From: Christensenellales bacterium
Lineage (GTDB): Bacteria; Bacillota; Clostridia; Christensenellales; CALWSW01
Reading direction: 5' to 3'
Length of the DNA stretch: 64,000 nt
Assembly (NCBI GenBank): GCA_040768925.1
Contig: JAXGLZ010000001.1
Location: forward strand, 943,677 to 1,007,676
Positions 1-10,308 of this stretch are shown piece after piece. Both the position numbers and the translations under genes were made by a program. Each line of letters begins with the position of its first letter. Position 1 is the first letter of the stretch. The notes below the pieces were generated by a model that had not been told where the DNA came from, searched no databases, and worked only from the letters and a program-made list of their open reading frames with translations.

Positions 1-964
1 GGTTACGGTTGTCGCATCTTCCGGCTCCACCCCCCGGGGAACCGGCGCGCGCATGCTGGTGGGGGATGCGGGGAGGATTCTGGGCACCATCGGCGGCGGC
101 GCCGTAGAATACCGCTCGACCCAGATGGCGGTCGAAGCCCTTGGGCAAAAAAGCTCTTACACCAACGCCTTCAAGCTGACGAAGGACGACGTCGCCAACC
201 TCGGCATGATCTGCGGCGGGGACGTTACGGTGTTTTTCCAGTATATCGGCGGGGAGCGGGAGGACGTTCTTGCGGTGGTCGAAACGGCCTGCGAAATGTG
301 CGGGCGGGACGAGGACGCCTGGCTGATCATCGAAACGACGGACGAATCGGACTGGGGGATGGGTGTGTATTCCCGCTCTTTTGGCTTTGCGGGCCTGAAA
401 AACTGCCCAAACGGGCTTGCGGGGATGCTGAACGCCCCGCTGGTCAAGGCGGAGTTCGAAGGCCGGCGCTTTTATGCCGAGCAGTTCGTGACGGCCGGCA
501 GGGCGATCATCTTCGGCTGCGGCCACGTGGCCCAGGAACTCGCCCCGGTGCTTTCACACCTGGGATTCCGGGTCGTCGCGCTGGACGACCGGCCCCAGTT
601 CGCCAATAAAGAGCTGTTCCCCACCGTTGAATACGTCGGCCCGGTTGATTTTTCGCGCATTGCGGACACGATCGCCGTCAACGAAAACGATTATGTTTGC
701 GTGATGACCCGGGGCCACGCCTTCGACACGGAAGTGCAAAAGCAGGTGCTGCGCACGGCGGCCGGCTATGTGGGCGTCATGGGCAGCATACACAAGAAGG
801 CGGCCGTGCAAAAACTGCTGCTAGCGGACGGCATTCCCCAAAAGGACATCGACCGGGTATGCACGCCCATCGGAACGGCGATCAAGGCGCAAACCCCGGC
901 GGAACTCGCGATCAGCATCGCGGGGGAGATGATCCTGAAGCGCGCGGAGCGCAACGGGTTATAA
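1..964 (+). CDS. xdhC: XdhC/CoxI family molybdenum cofactor insertion accessory protein, 5' partial (frame open to window start)
   Basis: Translation ...GARMLVGDAGRILGTIGGGAVE... plus a C-terminal Rossmann-like GCGHV motif typical of XdhC; no stop upstream in frame back to base 2. Confidence 0.8.
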   Translation, partial: VTVVASSGSTPRGTGARMLVGDAGRILGTIGGGAVEYRSTQMAVEALGQKSSYTNAFKLTKDDVANLGMICGGDVTVFFQYIGGEREDVLAVVETACEMCGRDEDAWLIIETTDESDWGMGVYSRSFGFAGLKNCPNGLAGMLNAPLVKAEFEGRRFYAEQFVTAGRAIIFGCGHVAQELAPVLSHLGFRVVALDDRPQFANKELFPTVEYVGPVDFSRIADTIAVNENDYVCVMTRGHAFDTEVQKQVLRTAAGYVGVMGSIHKKAAVQKLLLADGIPQKDIDRVCTPIGTAIKAQTPAELAISIAGEMILKRAERNGL

Positions 965-1041
965 TCCCGCAAAAATAAAACACAAAACCGGCCTTTGCGG
1001 CAAAGCAGGCCGGTTTTGTGTTTTTTACGCTATATGCAAGC

Positions 1042-1740
1042 CTATTCGATCATTCCGCAATGGTGCAGCGCGTGAAAAAGGACCAGGCCGTGGTCCCCGG
1101 CGAGCTGCTCTTTGCCCTCAATTCCGCCAAGGAGGATGAATACGCCCAAACCGTCCACCGCGACCCGGGCGCAAAGCTCGATCCCGCGGGCGGTCTTTCC
1201 GCTGCCGGAAAGGGTGATCTCGTATTCCTCGCCAAATTGGCCGTAAGGGGTCCCGCAGGCGGTGCAGGGCAGGGTGACGTCGTTTTCGCGGCTCTTTTGC
1301 GCGGGGATTTTTATCCCGCCTTTTTTCTTGACAAAGATGGAAAAAAGCGCGGCCGCGGCGGCGTCGTCCCCGGCGGAAAAAGCAAGCGCTTCCCGCTTGG
1401 CCCGGGCCAAGAAGGCGCAGGTGATGATCCGCGTCCTCGGGTCCCTCGTCGGCTCGCCGAACATGCCGAAGGGAACGAGGGGGAGGTTTCTCAAGCCGGT
1501 TTCCTCAAAAAGCTCTCTGGCCGCCGCTTCGTGCAGCGTTTCGCCCATATCCAAAAATCCGCCGGGCAGCGCCCAGCGGCCGATGTTTGGGTGGTCCCCC
1601 CGGCGGATGAGCAGAACCTCCGCCGAATCGGTGGTCACAACCATGTCCACCGTGACGGAGGGACGGTCAAAATTCGCCGGGTCGTAAGCCGAAAGGAATT
1701 CGGAAAGGGTCTGGCCTTTCGCGTTTCTTTTTTCGCTCAT
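1042..1740 (-). CDS. NUDIX hydrolase (ADP-ribose pyrophosphatase-like)
   Basis: Nudix box [24 protein letters not shown] in the 232-aa ORF. Confidence 0.85.
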   Translation of the reverse strand: MSEKRNAKGQTLSEFLSAYDPANFDRPSVTVDMVVTTDSAEVLLIRRGDHPNIGRWALPGGFLDMGETLHEAAARELFEETGLRNLPLVPFGMFGEPTRDPRTRIITCAFLARAKREALAFSAGDDAAAAALFSIFVKKKGGIKIPAQKSRENDVTLPCTACGTPYGQFGEEYEITLSGSGKTARGIELCARVAVDGLGVFILLGGIEGKEQLAGDHGLVLFHALHHCGMIE

Positions 1741-1758
1741 TTGCGCGCTGCTTCCTCG

Positions 1759-2865
1759 TCAGAATTTGTAGATATACGCCTGGCAGGGCAGGCCGGAGTT
1801 ATAGATCTTCCGGCGCTTGTCCGCCCGCCTGCCGAAGCTTTTTTCGAATCCGGGGTGGGAGGAGATGATCACCGCCTGCCATCCGGTAAGGGTGGAAAAG
1901 GCCCGGCCCATCTTTTCGTAAAGGGCTTCGCAGGAACGGCGGTCCGAAAGCCGTTCGCCGTAGGGCGGGTTGCAGACGAGCCTGCCCCCGGTGTCCGAAC
2001 GGGAAAGCCGGGTCGCGTCCGCCCGGGCGAAGGGAAGGTCGACCCCGGCCTTTTTTGCGTGAAATCTGGCGAGCTTCAAAACGGATTCGTCGATATCGCT
2101 GGCAAAAATATCTTTCAACGGCCCCGGCCGCTCCAGGGCGACGGCGCGCTCCCGCTCCGCCTTCCAAAGGTTTTTGGGAAGGAAAAGCCATCCCTCCGCC
2201 GCGAATTCCCGCTGGATGCCCGGGGCGCGGTTCTTGGCGATGAGCGCGGCTTCGATGGCGATGGTGCCGGAGCCGCACATCGGGTCCAGAAAGGGGCCGC
2301 CGCCCCGGTATCCCGAAAGCAGCACCAGCCCGGCCGCCAGGGTTTCGATGATCGGGGCTTCGGCGTTCAGCGTGCGGTAGCCCCTGCGGTTCAGCCCCGC
2401 GCCGCTGGCGTCCAGGGCGAGGGTGGCGACATCCTCCAAAAGCCCGACCTCGACGATGATCTTTGGCCCGTCTTCCGGAAGCACGCGGACCCTGTGGCCT
2501 TTTTTGAGCCGTTCGACGATGGCTTTTTTGGTGATCGCCTGGCAGTCGGGAACGGAATGCAGCGCGGAGCGCGCGCTCTTTCCCTTGACCGGGAAGGCCG
2601 CGTTCCTGGGTATGTAATCCTCCCAGCGGAGGGCGGAAACGCCCTGGAAAAGCGCCTCGAAGGAAGTCGCCTCAAAGGAGCCGATCTTCATAAAAACCCG
2701 CTCGGCCGTGCGAAGGCAAAGATTCGCCCTGCAAAGGAGGGAAAAATCGCCGGAAAAATCCACCCTGGCATCCTTCGCGGAAACGTTTTGTGCGCCGATG
2801 CGGCGCAGCTCGTTTGCCAGGATCCCTTCAATGCCGAACCTGCAAGTGGCAAAATACTCGTTCAT
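1759..2865 (-). CDS. THUMP-domain class I SAM-dependent RNA methyltransferase (RlmL/YpsC-like, N6-adenine-type NPPYG motif)
   Basis: 368-aa ORF with an N-terminal THUMP-like region, DPMCGSGT SAM motif and NPPYG catalytic motif. Confidence 0.8.
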   Translation of the reverse strand: MNEYFATCRFGIEGILANELRRIGAQNVSAKDARVDFSGDFSLLCRANLCLRTAERVFMKIGSFEATSFEALFQGVSALRWEDYIPRNAAFPVKGKSARSALHSVPDCQAITKKAIVERLKKGHRVRVLPEDGPKIIVEVGLLEDVATLALDASGAGLNRRGYRTLNAEAPIIETLAAGLVLLSGYRGGGPFLDPMCGSGTIAIEAALIAKNRAPGIQREFAAEGWLFLPKNLWKAERERAVALERPGPLKDIFASDIDESVLKLARFHAKKAGVDLPFARADATRLSRSDTGGRLVCNPPYGERLSDRRSCEALYEKMGRAFSTLTGWQAVIISSHPGFEKSFGRRADKRRKIYNSGLPCQAYIYKF

Positions 2866-3683
2866 CTTTGCTGCTTCAACTTTTCAAAATCAGGATCGCC
2901 GGAAAAATCCCGCTGCTTTGAAACGGTTCCGCCCAGGGATTCGATGGCTTCCAGCAAGGCGCGGTAATCCGCATAATCCGCACCGGGCAGGGCTTCCTCC
3001 AGCACGGGGATGGCTTCGGCGTCGCCGTAGCGGGCGAGCAGAGAAGCGAAATACGCCCTTCGCTCGTACCTGCCGAGAAAATGGCGGACCAGGCGGTCAA
3101 AAACCCGCTTGTCCTTTTGGGGAAGGCCGGAAAGAAGGTCCAAAAGGCAGTCGGCGGCCTCGTCCGAAGCGCCCTTCAGGGCGGCAAGAAGCTGTTCCCG
3201 CACCGTTTCCCCCATCGCGGAAAGGCCCATGGCCGCGGCTTCGTTCAGCCCCTGGTTTTCCGTCGGATTTTTGACGATTTCCAGGTATTCAATAACCGGA
3301 AGGGCGGAGCCTTTCTGATTCAGCAGCTCTGCCGCGGCCCGGCGGGCGTTCAAAAGCTGCTCCGCCCGGTCGAATGCGCCGCGCTTTCCGCAAAGAAGCT
3401 CGTAAAGGAGCTCCTCGGAATCCGCCGCGTCCTCCAGGGCGTTCAGCAGGGGGTCCGGCGGGTTTTTCCCTTCCAAAACATAGCCGCAGAGCTCGTCCGC
3501 AAGTTTGGCCGCGCCCATGGCATAAAAATATTCGTTCGGCGAAACGCCGCCCGTGGCCTCGTTCGGCGTGTCCAACCAGTTCAAAAAAAGGTCGGGCATG
3601 TCCTCCTCGATTTGCGCCGGGTCCTCCCCCGCGCGCAGCTTTTTCAAAAGCGTGGCCTTGAACAGGCCGTCGATGTCAATCAT
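2862..3683 (-). CDS. hypothetical protein with C-terminal HEAT/PBS-lyase-like repeat
   Basis: 273-aa ORF with 4-nt overlap to the downstream methylase; GDAEAIPVLEEAL...RALLEAIESLG is a HEAT-like repeat signature. Confidence 0.5.
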   Translation of the reverse strand: MIDIDGLFKATLLKKLRAGEDPAQIEEDMPDLFLNWLDTPNEATGGVSPNEYFYAMGAAKLADELCGYVLEGKNPPDPLLNALEDAADSEELLYELLCGKRGAFDRAEQLLNARRAAAELLNQKGSALPVIEYLEIVKNPTENQGLNEAAAMGLSAMGETVREQLLAALKGASDEAADCLLDLLSGLPQKDKRVFDRLVRHFLGRYERRAYFASLLARYGDAEAIPVLEEALPGADYADYRALLEAIESLGGTVSKQRDFSGDPDFEKLKQQR

Positions 3684-5394
3684 AATTGTGTTCCCCCAAA
3701 ATGCCGCTGAATACGATGCCGTAAATCAGGCGGTTCGCGGTCCGAAAGCGCGACGCGGTGGCGCCGTAAGCCTCGATCATCTCGCTCTGGGTCACCTTTT
3801 CGCCCAGGGCGCGCTTTGCCGAATATTCAAGGGCCGCCGCAAAGGCAGGCACCCGTTCGTCCGTGATCATGACCGGGTCCTCGATGATCCCGGCCACAAA
3901 CTGCCGCCAGATGGCGACGCCCTGATGGATCAGTTCCTCCATATTGCCGCGCTCGGAAGCCTTGGAGACAAAAAGCTCCGGAACCTTCCTGTAATTGGGT
4001 GGAAGCTGGTCCAGGCCGTTGAACACGTTGATCGTGACTTCGGCCACGCCGCAGTCCATCATCGCCGTGAAGGGGCCGTCCGCCCCGATCAGCGAAAGCA
4101 TGCCGAGATAGGTCTGCTTGACGTCCGGCGGGATGCGCGCGTCGCAAAGCCGGATGCGAAGCTCGCTCTGCGCCCGGACGGGGTCGAGGGTCAGCAGAAT
4201 GTTCAGGGCGGCGATGTGCCAGTTGCTGCTCCTGAGCGCCCATTCCACGGCCTGTTCGAGCTCCGGCCGGGTGCTGCGCTGCTCCTCGGTTTCGTTCTGC
4301 ATATCCGCGATTGAGGCGGAGAGGCGCAGCATCTCGCAAAGGGGAAGCTCCCGGGCGCAGGTGATGATGGGCTCGTAAACATCCAGCGCCTGCCTTTTGC
4401 AAAGCTCGATAAAATAGGCGAAGACCGGGTCCTTCGGGTCGAGGTAAAGGGCGCGCTCCCAAAGCTTTTGCGCTTCGCCGATGCTTCCGAGGTTATAGTG
4501 GCAGACCGCGGCCATGTGGAGCACCTCGGTGTCGCAGGGGGCGATTTCGAGGATTGCCAGGAAGTGTTTCAGGGCGCTTTCCGGGCGGTTGACTTCAAAA
4601 AGGGTGCTGCCCAGCTTGATGCGCTCGAACCGGTCCGAGCCGGGGATCGCGCTCAAAAAATCCGCTTCCCGGCTCAGCGCCGCCCCGTCCCCCATCGAAT
4701 AGTAGATGAGCGCAAGGATGCACCGGATCATGTAATTGTCCCGGTCGCGCAGAAGGGCGCTGTTGCAGACGGTGAGCGCCCGGGAAAACTGCTTGTCGCA
4801 ATAGCAGGCCATGGCGAGGTTGCTCGCCTGCTCGGTGGAATCGGGAGCCAGCGCCCAGGCGCGCTCAAAAAGGGCGATGGCCTTTTTGATGTTGCCCCGG
4901 TCCAGCTCCTCCATGGCCTTTAAGGACTGGTCCGCGATCTTCTTCCTGGATTCCTCGGAAAGGTAGCTTTGAAGGGATTCCTCCTCGGAAAGATGACGGG
5001 ACAAAGCCTCGCTGAACACCGGGCCGATCTCCGGGCAGTCGTCCCCCAGTTTTTCGGCGATCCGGGTCATTTCGCGAAAGCAGATGATGGCCGCGTCGTA
5101 CTCGTGGCCGTCCATATACAAAAGCGCAAGGCGGAAAAACAGGTTCGGGTCGTCCAAAGAGCCCCGCCACATGGCTTCGCAAAGCTCCGCGATGGCCAGT
5201 TTTTCGCTGCCCGCGTCCGCATAGGCGAAGCCCAGGCGAAGGTGGGCGGAAGGCTCCGTGGGGGAAAGCTCGATGGCTTTTTTATAAAACGCAAGGGCGT
5301 CCTCCGGAACGCCGGATTCCATGCGCGCGTCCCCGCGCCTGAGGAAGAAATCGGCGTTCTGGGCAAAGGGCACCACGTTACCAGTTCTAATCAT
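3676..5394 (-). CDS. TPR repeat-containing protein
   Basis: Multiple TPR-like helices (ALAFYKKAIELSP, AIICFREMTRIAEKL ...). Start taken at MIRTG (AAAGGA RBS 6 nt upstream); alternative start at 5439. Confidence 0.7.
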   Translation of the reverse strand: MIRTGNVVPFAQNADFFLRRGDARMESGVPEDALAFYKKAIELSPTEPSAHLRLGFAYADAGSEKLAIAELCEAMWRGSLDDPNLFFRLALLYMDGHEYDAAIICFREMTRIAEKLGDDCPEIGPVFSEALSRHLSEEESLQSYLSEESRKKIADQSLKAMEELDRGNIKKAIALFERAWALAPDSTEQASNLAMACYCDKQFSRALTVCNSALLRDRDNYMIRCILALIYYSMGDGAALSREADFLSAIPGSDRFERIKLGSTLFEVNRPESALKHFLAILEIAPCDTEVLHMAAVCHYNLGSIGEAQKLWERALYLDPKDPVFAYFIELCKRQALDVYEPIITCARELPLCEMLRLSASIADMQNETEEQRSTRPELEQAVEWALRSSNWHIAALNILLTLDPVRAQSELRIRLCDARIPPDVKQTYLGMLSLIGADGPFTAMMDCGVAEVTINVFNGLDQLPPNYRKVPELFVSKASERGNMEELIHQGVAIWRQFVAGIIEDPVMITDERVPAFAAALEYSAKRALGEKVTQSEMIEAYGATASRFRTANRLIYGIVFSGILGEHNYD

Positions 5395-6298
5395 GCGCGT
5401 CCTTTCGTTCGGTTTGGGCGGCATTGGCGGCGGCGGCAATCGTCATCAGATCCTCTTTAGTAAAATTATATTCCGTATTGCAAAAATGGCATATCAAAGA
5501 CGCCCCATTTTGTTCCTTTGCCATCTTCAAAAGCTCCTCTTTTCCCAGGCCGAGGAGCGCGCGTTCCAGGCGTTCCCGGCCGCAGTCGCAAAGGAGCCGG
5601 GGCTTCACCGTTTCGATCATGACCGGCGAAAGGTCGGAAAAAAGCCAGTCGATGATCCGCTCAAGGCTCATCCCCGCTTCAGAGATCAGCGCCGGCATTT
5701 CCCGGGCGGCGTACATGCGCTGTTCCACCTTTTCAAGAACGTCGTTTGGGCAGCCGGGCATCGCCTGGACGATCAGGCCGCAGGCCGCGGTGACCCCCTG
5801 GCTGTTCATGTGGACGCCGAGGAACACGGCTGTGGGCTGCTGCTGGCTGTTTGCGAAATAAGCGGCGATATCCTCCGCGATCTCGCCGGAAACCAGGGCG
5901 CTCTGGCCGGTGTACGGCTCCTTCAGGCGAAGGTCGGTGATCACGGTCAGGGTGCCGTCCTTGCCCACGGCCTCGCCGACGGGCAGCTTGCCGTTTTCCC
6001 TCGGGGGAAGGTCCGCCGCGGGGTTGCCGATCAGCCCTTTGACCGAGCCGTCCTGCCTGCCCACGCAGACGATGTTCCCCGCCGGGCCGCCGCCCTTGAA
6101 GATCAGGCTGACTTCCGCCTGGGGGACTTTCAGCATCGCGCCCATGACCGAAGCGCCCATCAGCGCCCGGCCCAGAGCCGCCGTGCAGACCGGGGAGGTT
6201 TGGTGCATCAGCCTTGCCTGCTCCACCAGGGCCGGGGCGTTTATCGCATAAAAGTTCATCGCTGAATCGGCCAGCAGGCCCTTGATCAGTTCATCCAT
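5387..6298 (-). CDS. hslO: redox-regulated chaperone Hsp33
   Basis: 303 aa with C-terminal zinc centre CDCG...CHFCNTEY and Hsp33-like N-domain. Confidence 0.9.
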   Translation of the reverse strand: MDELIKGLLADSAMNFYAINAPALVEQARLMHQTSPVCTAALGRALMGASVMGAMLKVPQAEVSLIFKGGGPAGNIVCVGRQDGSVKGLIGNPAADLPPRENGKLPVGEAVGKDGTLTVITDLRLKEPYTGQSALVSGEIAEDIAAYFANSQQQPTAVFLGVHMNSQGVTAACGLIVQAMPGCPNDVLEKVEQRMYAAREMPALISEAGMSLERIIDWLFSDLSPVMIETVKPRLLCDCGRERLERALLGLGKEELLKMAKEQNGASLICHFCNTEYNFTKEDLMTIAAAANAAQTERKDAHD

Positions 6299-7052
6299 GT
6301 TGTTTCTCCGTTGGTTTTCTTCCGGTAAAAAGCAGCCGTTCGGAATTCCGTTTCGGCGCTTTTAGGGTATCAAAGTCAACGACGGCGGCATCCTCGAAGC
6401 CGCAGTCCGCCATGTGGGCCAAAAGCTCCTCCGAAGAATGGGCGCGCTGAATATGCCGTTCAAAAAAGCGCTCGTAGCTCTGCCCGTCCGCGCTCAAAAA
6501 ACAGGTAAGCTCCATTTCCAGCAGTCTGGAGGAAGGGTCGTAGGCGTTTTTCCAAAGGTAAGCCGCCCGTTCCGACGTTTCGCCAAAGGTGTTGCCCCAC
6601 AATAGGTTCTCCAGCTTGTGGCGGGAGCTTACGTCAAAACAGAGCAGCCCGCCGGGCGAAAGAACGTCAAAAGCGCTGCTGAAAAAGGCGCGCACCGCCG
6701 AAGCGCTCGTGAGATAGTTTACTCCGTCGCAGGAGGAATTGACAACGTCCTGTTTTTTGTGGACCGAAAGCGCGGTCATGGACTGGCGCGCAAAAGGGAT
6801 CCGAAGGCCCGCCGCGCGCGCTTTTTTCGCGGCGATGTCCAGCATGCTTTCGGAAAGGTCGATCCCTGTGACCGTGTGACCGGCTTTTGCCAGAGGAATC
6901 GTAATATTCCCGGTGCCGCAGGCCGCGTCCAGTATTTTCAAAGGGCCGGTCAGGCCGTTTTTTTCATAAAGCGAAAGCAGCTTCCCAGCCCAGGCGGAAT
7001 AATCCACTTCCGCCATGAAAAGATCGTAAATTTCGGAAAATCGCTGGTACAT
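6291..7052 (-). CDS. class I SAM-dependent methyltransferase
   Basis: LDAACGTGNITIPLA glycine-rich SAM motif; GGAG RBS. Confidence 0.8.
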   Translation of the reverse strand: MYQRFSEIYDLFMAEVDYSAWAGKLLSLYEKNGLTGPLKILDAACGTGNITIPLAKAGHTVTGIDLSESMLDIAAKKARAAGLRIPFARQSMTALSVHKKQDVVNSSCDGVNYLTSASAVRAFFSSAFDVLSPGGLLCFDVSSRHKLENLLWGNTFGETSERAAYLWKNAYDPSSRLLEMELTCFLSADGQSYERFFERHIQRAHSSEELLAHMADCGFEDAAVVDFDTLKAPKRNSERLLFTGRKPTEKQHG

Positions 7053-7055
7053 GGC

Positions 7056-8204
7056 CTACTCCAGTCCGATGATGCGGCGGTAGATCTCGATCCCGCCCAA
7101 AAGGTCCGCCTCGTCGAAATTGAAGCGGGGGCTGTGCAGCGGTTCGCCGTAGTTTTTGCCGCCCACGCCGAGCAGGAAGAAAAGCCCCGGCACATACCGC
7201 TGATAAAAGGAAAAATCCTCCGCCGCCATGATCTCGTCCATGACCATGACGCCGTCCCTCTCGGCGAGGGAAAGCACCAAATCGACAAGGTGGCGGGGAT
7301 TGCTCAGCACGGGATAATGCATGACTTCGGTGAATTCGCAGTGAACCTCGCTGACCTTTTCCATCCCTTTGAGGATGTTTTTGATCCTGCGTTTGACGTG
7401 CTCATGGACGGAATCCTTGAAGGTGCGCACCGTTCCGTTCATCACGACCTTGTCCGCGATGATGTTTCGCGCCTGGCCGCCTTCGATTTTGCCGATGGTC
7501 AGCAGCGCTTTTTCCTGGGGGCCGACGGAACGGGTCACGATGGTCTGCAGGGCCGAAATGATCTCCGCCGAGGCGACGATGGCGTCGATCCCCTCGTGGG
7601 GGGAAGCGCCGTGGGCGCTTTTGCCGTTGACGGTGATGTCGAACTCGCAGGTTTGGGCCATCATCGGCCCTTCGCGCAGACCGATCATACCGGACGGCAC
7701 GTCCGGCCAGACGTGCATGCCGAAAATGCGGTCGACCTTCGGATCGCAGAGCGCCCCTTCCTCAACCATACGCGCGGCGCCGCCGATATGCTCCTCCGCC
7801 GGCTGGAACAACAGCACGATATTTTGGTCAAGCCGTTCGCGGTTATTTGCAACGAGCTTTGCAAAAGCCAAAAGGGCCGCGGCGTGACCGTCGTGACCGC
7901 ATGCGTGCATAAAGCCTTCGTGGCAGGAGGAGAATTCGGCGCCGGTTTGCTCAACAATCGCAAGGGCGTCGATATCCGCCCGGAAAGCCGTGGTGGGTTT
8001 TGGTTCCCCGGGGGCGCGAAACACGGCCTTGACCCCGGTGTCCGCAATGGTTTCCAGATGATCCGGCGAGAGCGCCGTCAGTTTTTTCAGGATGTACGCC
8101 TGGGTATCGCGCTCTTGATATCCAAGCTCCGGTATTCTGTGCAGATCGCGGCGAAGGGCGGTAACCTCGCCCAGCAATTCCGCGACTTTGGGATGAAGCT
8201 TCAA
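7056..8204 (-). CDS. M20 family amidohydrolase (N-acyl-L-amino acid amidohydrolase / hippurate hydrolase-like), TTG start
   Basis: HACGHDGH metal-binding motif, 382 aa; GAGGA RBS before TTG. Confidence 0.85.
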   Translation of the reverse strand: MKLHPKVAELLGEVTALRRDLHRIPELGYQERDTQAYILKKLTALSPDHLETIADTGVKAVFRAPGEPKPTTAFRADIDALAIVEQTGAEFSSCHEGFMHACGHDGHAAALLAFAKLVANNRERLDQNIVLLFQPAEEHIGGAARMVEEGALCDPKVDRIFGMHVWPDVPSGMIGLREGPMMAQTCEFDITVNGKSAHGASPHEGIDAIVASAEIISALQTIVTRSVGPQEKALLTIGKIEGGQARNIIADKVVMNGTVRTFKDSVHEHVKRRIKNILKGMEKVSEVHCEFTEVMHYPVLSNPRHLVDLVLSLAERDGVMVMDEIMAAEDFSFYQRYVPGLFFLLGVGGKNYGEPLHSPRFNFDEADLLGGIEIYRRIIGLE

Positions 8205-8295
8205 TTGAATGTCCTCGTGAATTTGGGTTTACTATTATAATACTCGAAAGAGGGCAAATGTCAAAGTTATTAAGCCTTGCCAAACCGCTCAAAAG

Positions 8296-8324
8296 TTGGT
8301 TTTTTGACCTTGGGGTGGTATAAT
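8296..8324 (+). promoter_or_regulatory. sigma-A type promoter for pdp (TTGGTT-17-TATAAT)
   Basis: Hexamers read directly; 110 nt upstream of the pdp start. Confidence 0.4.
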
Positions 8325-8436
8325 AATCAAATCAAAGTTCGGCACATGAACATTGCGGTTTTTGCCGGACCGCGTTTGGAACGCGGTTTGGAACGCGAAA
8401 AACGGCTTGCCGGCGGAAGGGGGAACAGGGGCCAAA

Positions 8437-9750
8437 ATGCGCGCGGTTGACATCATACTGAAAAAGAGATACGGCCATGAGCTGACGGCGGCGGAGATCC
8501 GCTTCGTCGTTTCCGGCTGCGTAACCGGGGAAGTTCCGGATTACCAGCTTTCCGCCCTGCTTATGGCCATCTGTTTTCAGGGGATGAGCAAATCGGAAAC
8601 AGCGGAGCTCACCATGGCCATGGAGCATTCGGGGGAGGTGGTGGACCTTTCAGAGATCCCGGGGATCAAGGTCGACAAGCATTCCACCGGCGGCGTGGGG
8701 GACACGACGACGCTGATCCTCGCGCCCCTGGTCGCGGCCTGCGGCGTGCCCGTGGCCAAGATGAGCGGCCGGGGCCTCGGGCATACCGGCGGCACCCTTG
8801 ACAAACTGGAATCCGTCACCGGCGTGCGGGTGGATCTGGATACGGAAACCTTCCTCCGCACGGTCAGGCGAACCGGCCTGGCGGTCATCGGCCAATCCGC
8901 GAGCCTGGTTCCAGCGGATAAGATCCTCTATGCCCTGCGGGACGTTACCGGCACCGTGGACAGCATTCCCCTCATCGCCTCCAGCATCATGAGCAAAAAG
9001 CTCGCCGCCGGCAGCGACGCCATCGTGCTGGACGTCAAGACCGGCTCCGGCGCCTTCATGAAGGACCCGAAGGATGCAATGACGCTTGCTCGGGTGATGG
9101 TGGAAATCGGCGATTCCGTGGGAAAGCGCACCGTGGCGCTGATCACGGACATGAGCCAGCCCCTTGGCCGCGCCGTGGGGAACGCTTTGGAGCTTCGGGA
9201 GGCGATCCTCGCCCTGCAAGGAAAGATCCCCGAGGACGACAACCTGATGAAGGTCGCCCTTGCCCTTGGTGAAAGGATGCTGCTGCTCGGCAAAGCGGCA
9301 AAAAGCGCGGAAGAAGCGCGGGCAAAGCTGCTCGATGCGAAAAACAGCGGCGCAGGCCTGGAAAAGCTCAAAGAGCTGCTTATCGCCCTTGGAGGAGACG
9401 GCCGCTGCTGCGACTCGCCGGACGATCTGCTGACCGCAAGGCTGGTCATTCCCCTGCGGGCGGAGAAGGGCGGATTCGTTTGCGCCATGGACACCCTTGC
9501 GATCGGCGAGGCCTCGCTGCTGCTCGGCGCGGGAAGGAGCAAAAAGACGGATGTGATCGACCCGGGGGTGGGCATCGTCTTTGCCGTTCGGCTGGGCGAG
9601 CGCGTGGAAGCGGGGGAGGAGATCGCGACGGTTTACGCAAACGATGAAACCAGGGCGCAATCCGCGATAAAGCTGCTGAAAGAAGCGGTAACGATCGAAA
9701 CGACACCGCCCAAAGCGCTTCCGCCGCTGATTTACGGCAGCGCGGAATGA
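8437..9750 (+). CDS. pdp: pyrimidine-nucleoside (thymidine) phosphorylase
   Basis: MRAVDIILKKRYGHELT..., KHSTGGVGD motif; start moved to the ATG at 8437 (GGAAGGGGG RBS) instead of the ORF-track start at 8353. Confidence 0.9.
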   Translation: MRAVDIILKKRYGHELTAAEIRFVVSGCVTGEVPDYQLSALLMAICFQGMSKSETAELTMAMEHSGEVVDLSEIPGIKVDKHSTGGVGDTTTLILAPLVAACGVPVAKMSGRGLGHTGGTLDKLESVTGVRVDLDTETFLRTVRRTGLAVIGQSASLVPADKILYALRDVTGTVDSIPLIASSIMSKKLAAGSDAIVLDVKTGSGAFMKDPKDAMTLARVMVEIGDSVGKRTVALITDMSQPLGRAVGNALELREAILALQGKIPEDDNLMKVALALGERMLLLGKAAKSAEEARAKLLDAKNSGAGLEKLKELLIALGGDGRCCDSPDDLLTARLVIPLRAEKGGFVCAMDTLAIGEASLLLGAGRSKKTDVIDPGVGIVFAVRLGERVEAGEEIATVYANDETRAQSAIKLLKEAVTIETTPPKALPPLIYGSAE

Positions 9751-9930
9751 TGCCCGAAGACCAGGCCGAAAGGAGCGCCGCCGGCCAAAGACGCGGAAAA
9801 AAACCGGCTTTTCGCGCAGAAAAATCCAAAAAGCGGGGGGAAAAGAAACGGTCGGCAAAAACCGGCCGAAAGCGTTTTTCAGCATTGGCGAAAACCTTCT
9901 GACGCCCGCGCTTTGGCAGCGGTATTCCGC

Positions 9931-9959
9931 TTGTAAAAGAACGATCCTTATGGCATACT
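9931..9959 (+). promoter_or_regulatory. candidate promoter for tRNA-Leu (TTGTAA-17-CATACT)
   Basis: Hexamers 11 nt upstream of the tRNA 5' end. Confidence 0.35.
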
Positions 9960-9969
9960 TATACTTGCC

Positions 9970-10052
9970 GCGCGTGTGGTGGAACGGCATACACAACGGA
10001 CTTAAAATCCGTCGGGGAAACCTTGCGGGTTCGAATCCCGCCGCGCGCACCA
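9970..10052 (+). tRNA. tRNA-Leu(UAA), type II with long variable arm, encoded CCA
   Basis: Hand fold: acceptor GCGCGUG/CGCGCGC (one G-U), U8, D-arm with GG, anticodon stem ACGGA/UCCGU, loop CUUAAAA (anticodon UAA), 12-nt variable arm, T-arm GCGGG-UUCGAAU-CCCGC, discriminator A, CCA. Confidence 0.75.
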
Positions 10053-10066
10053 TATAAGAAACAAGT

Positions 10067-10097
10067 AACCGCGCAGGTTTGCGCGGTTCTTGCTTTT
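10067..10097 (+). terminator. rho-independent terminator after the tRNA (AACCGCGCA-ggttt-GCGCGGTT + T-run)
   Basis: Hairpin plus U-tract read directly. Confidence 0.55.
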
Positions 10098-10308
10098 AGG
10101 GTTCACGATACGGGTTTAAGGCTTTCAATGCTGCCGGACTATTCTCGTTTATTTTCATTTTACTCTGGCAATATACTTTGACAAGCAAAATAATTTTTTA
10201 CATGGGGTTATAGCCTATGGTGCTCTCGCTCAACAGTACGCGCCGGCAACAAAGTCTGGCGGCGGCTTTGGCGCAGTGGGATGGATCCGGGAAACAAAGA
10301 AGTTTTGA

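Noticed and set aside
1018-2967. 649-aa ORF on plus strand
   Set aside because: Gly/Arg/Pro-rich low-complexity translation antisense to the well-supported NUDIX and THUMP-methylase genes; typical high-GC shadow ORF
6618-8240. 540-aa plus-strand ORF
   Set aside because: Antisense to the methyltransferase and M20 amidohydrolase genes; no domain signatures
8650-10053. 467-aa minus-strand ORF across pdp and the tRNA
   Set aside because: Antisense shadow of pdp; runs through the tRNA-Leu gene
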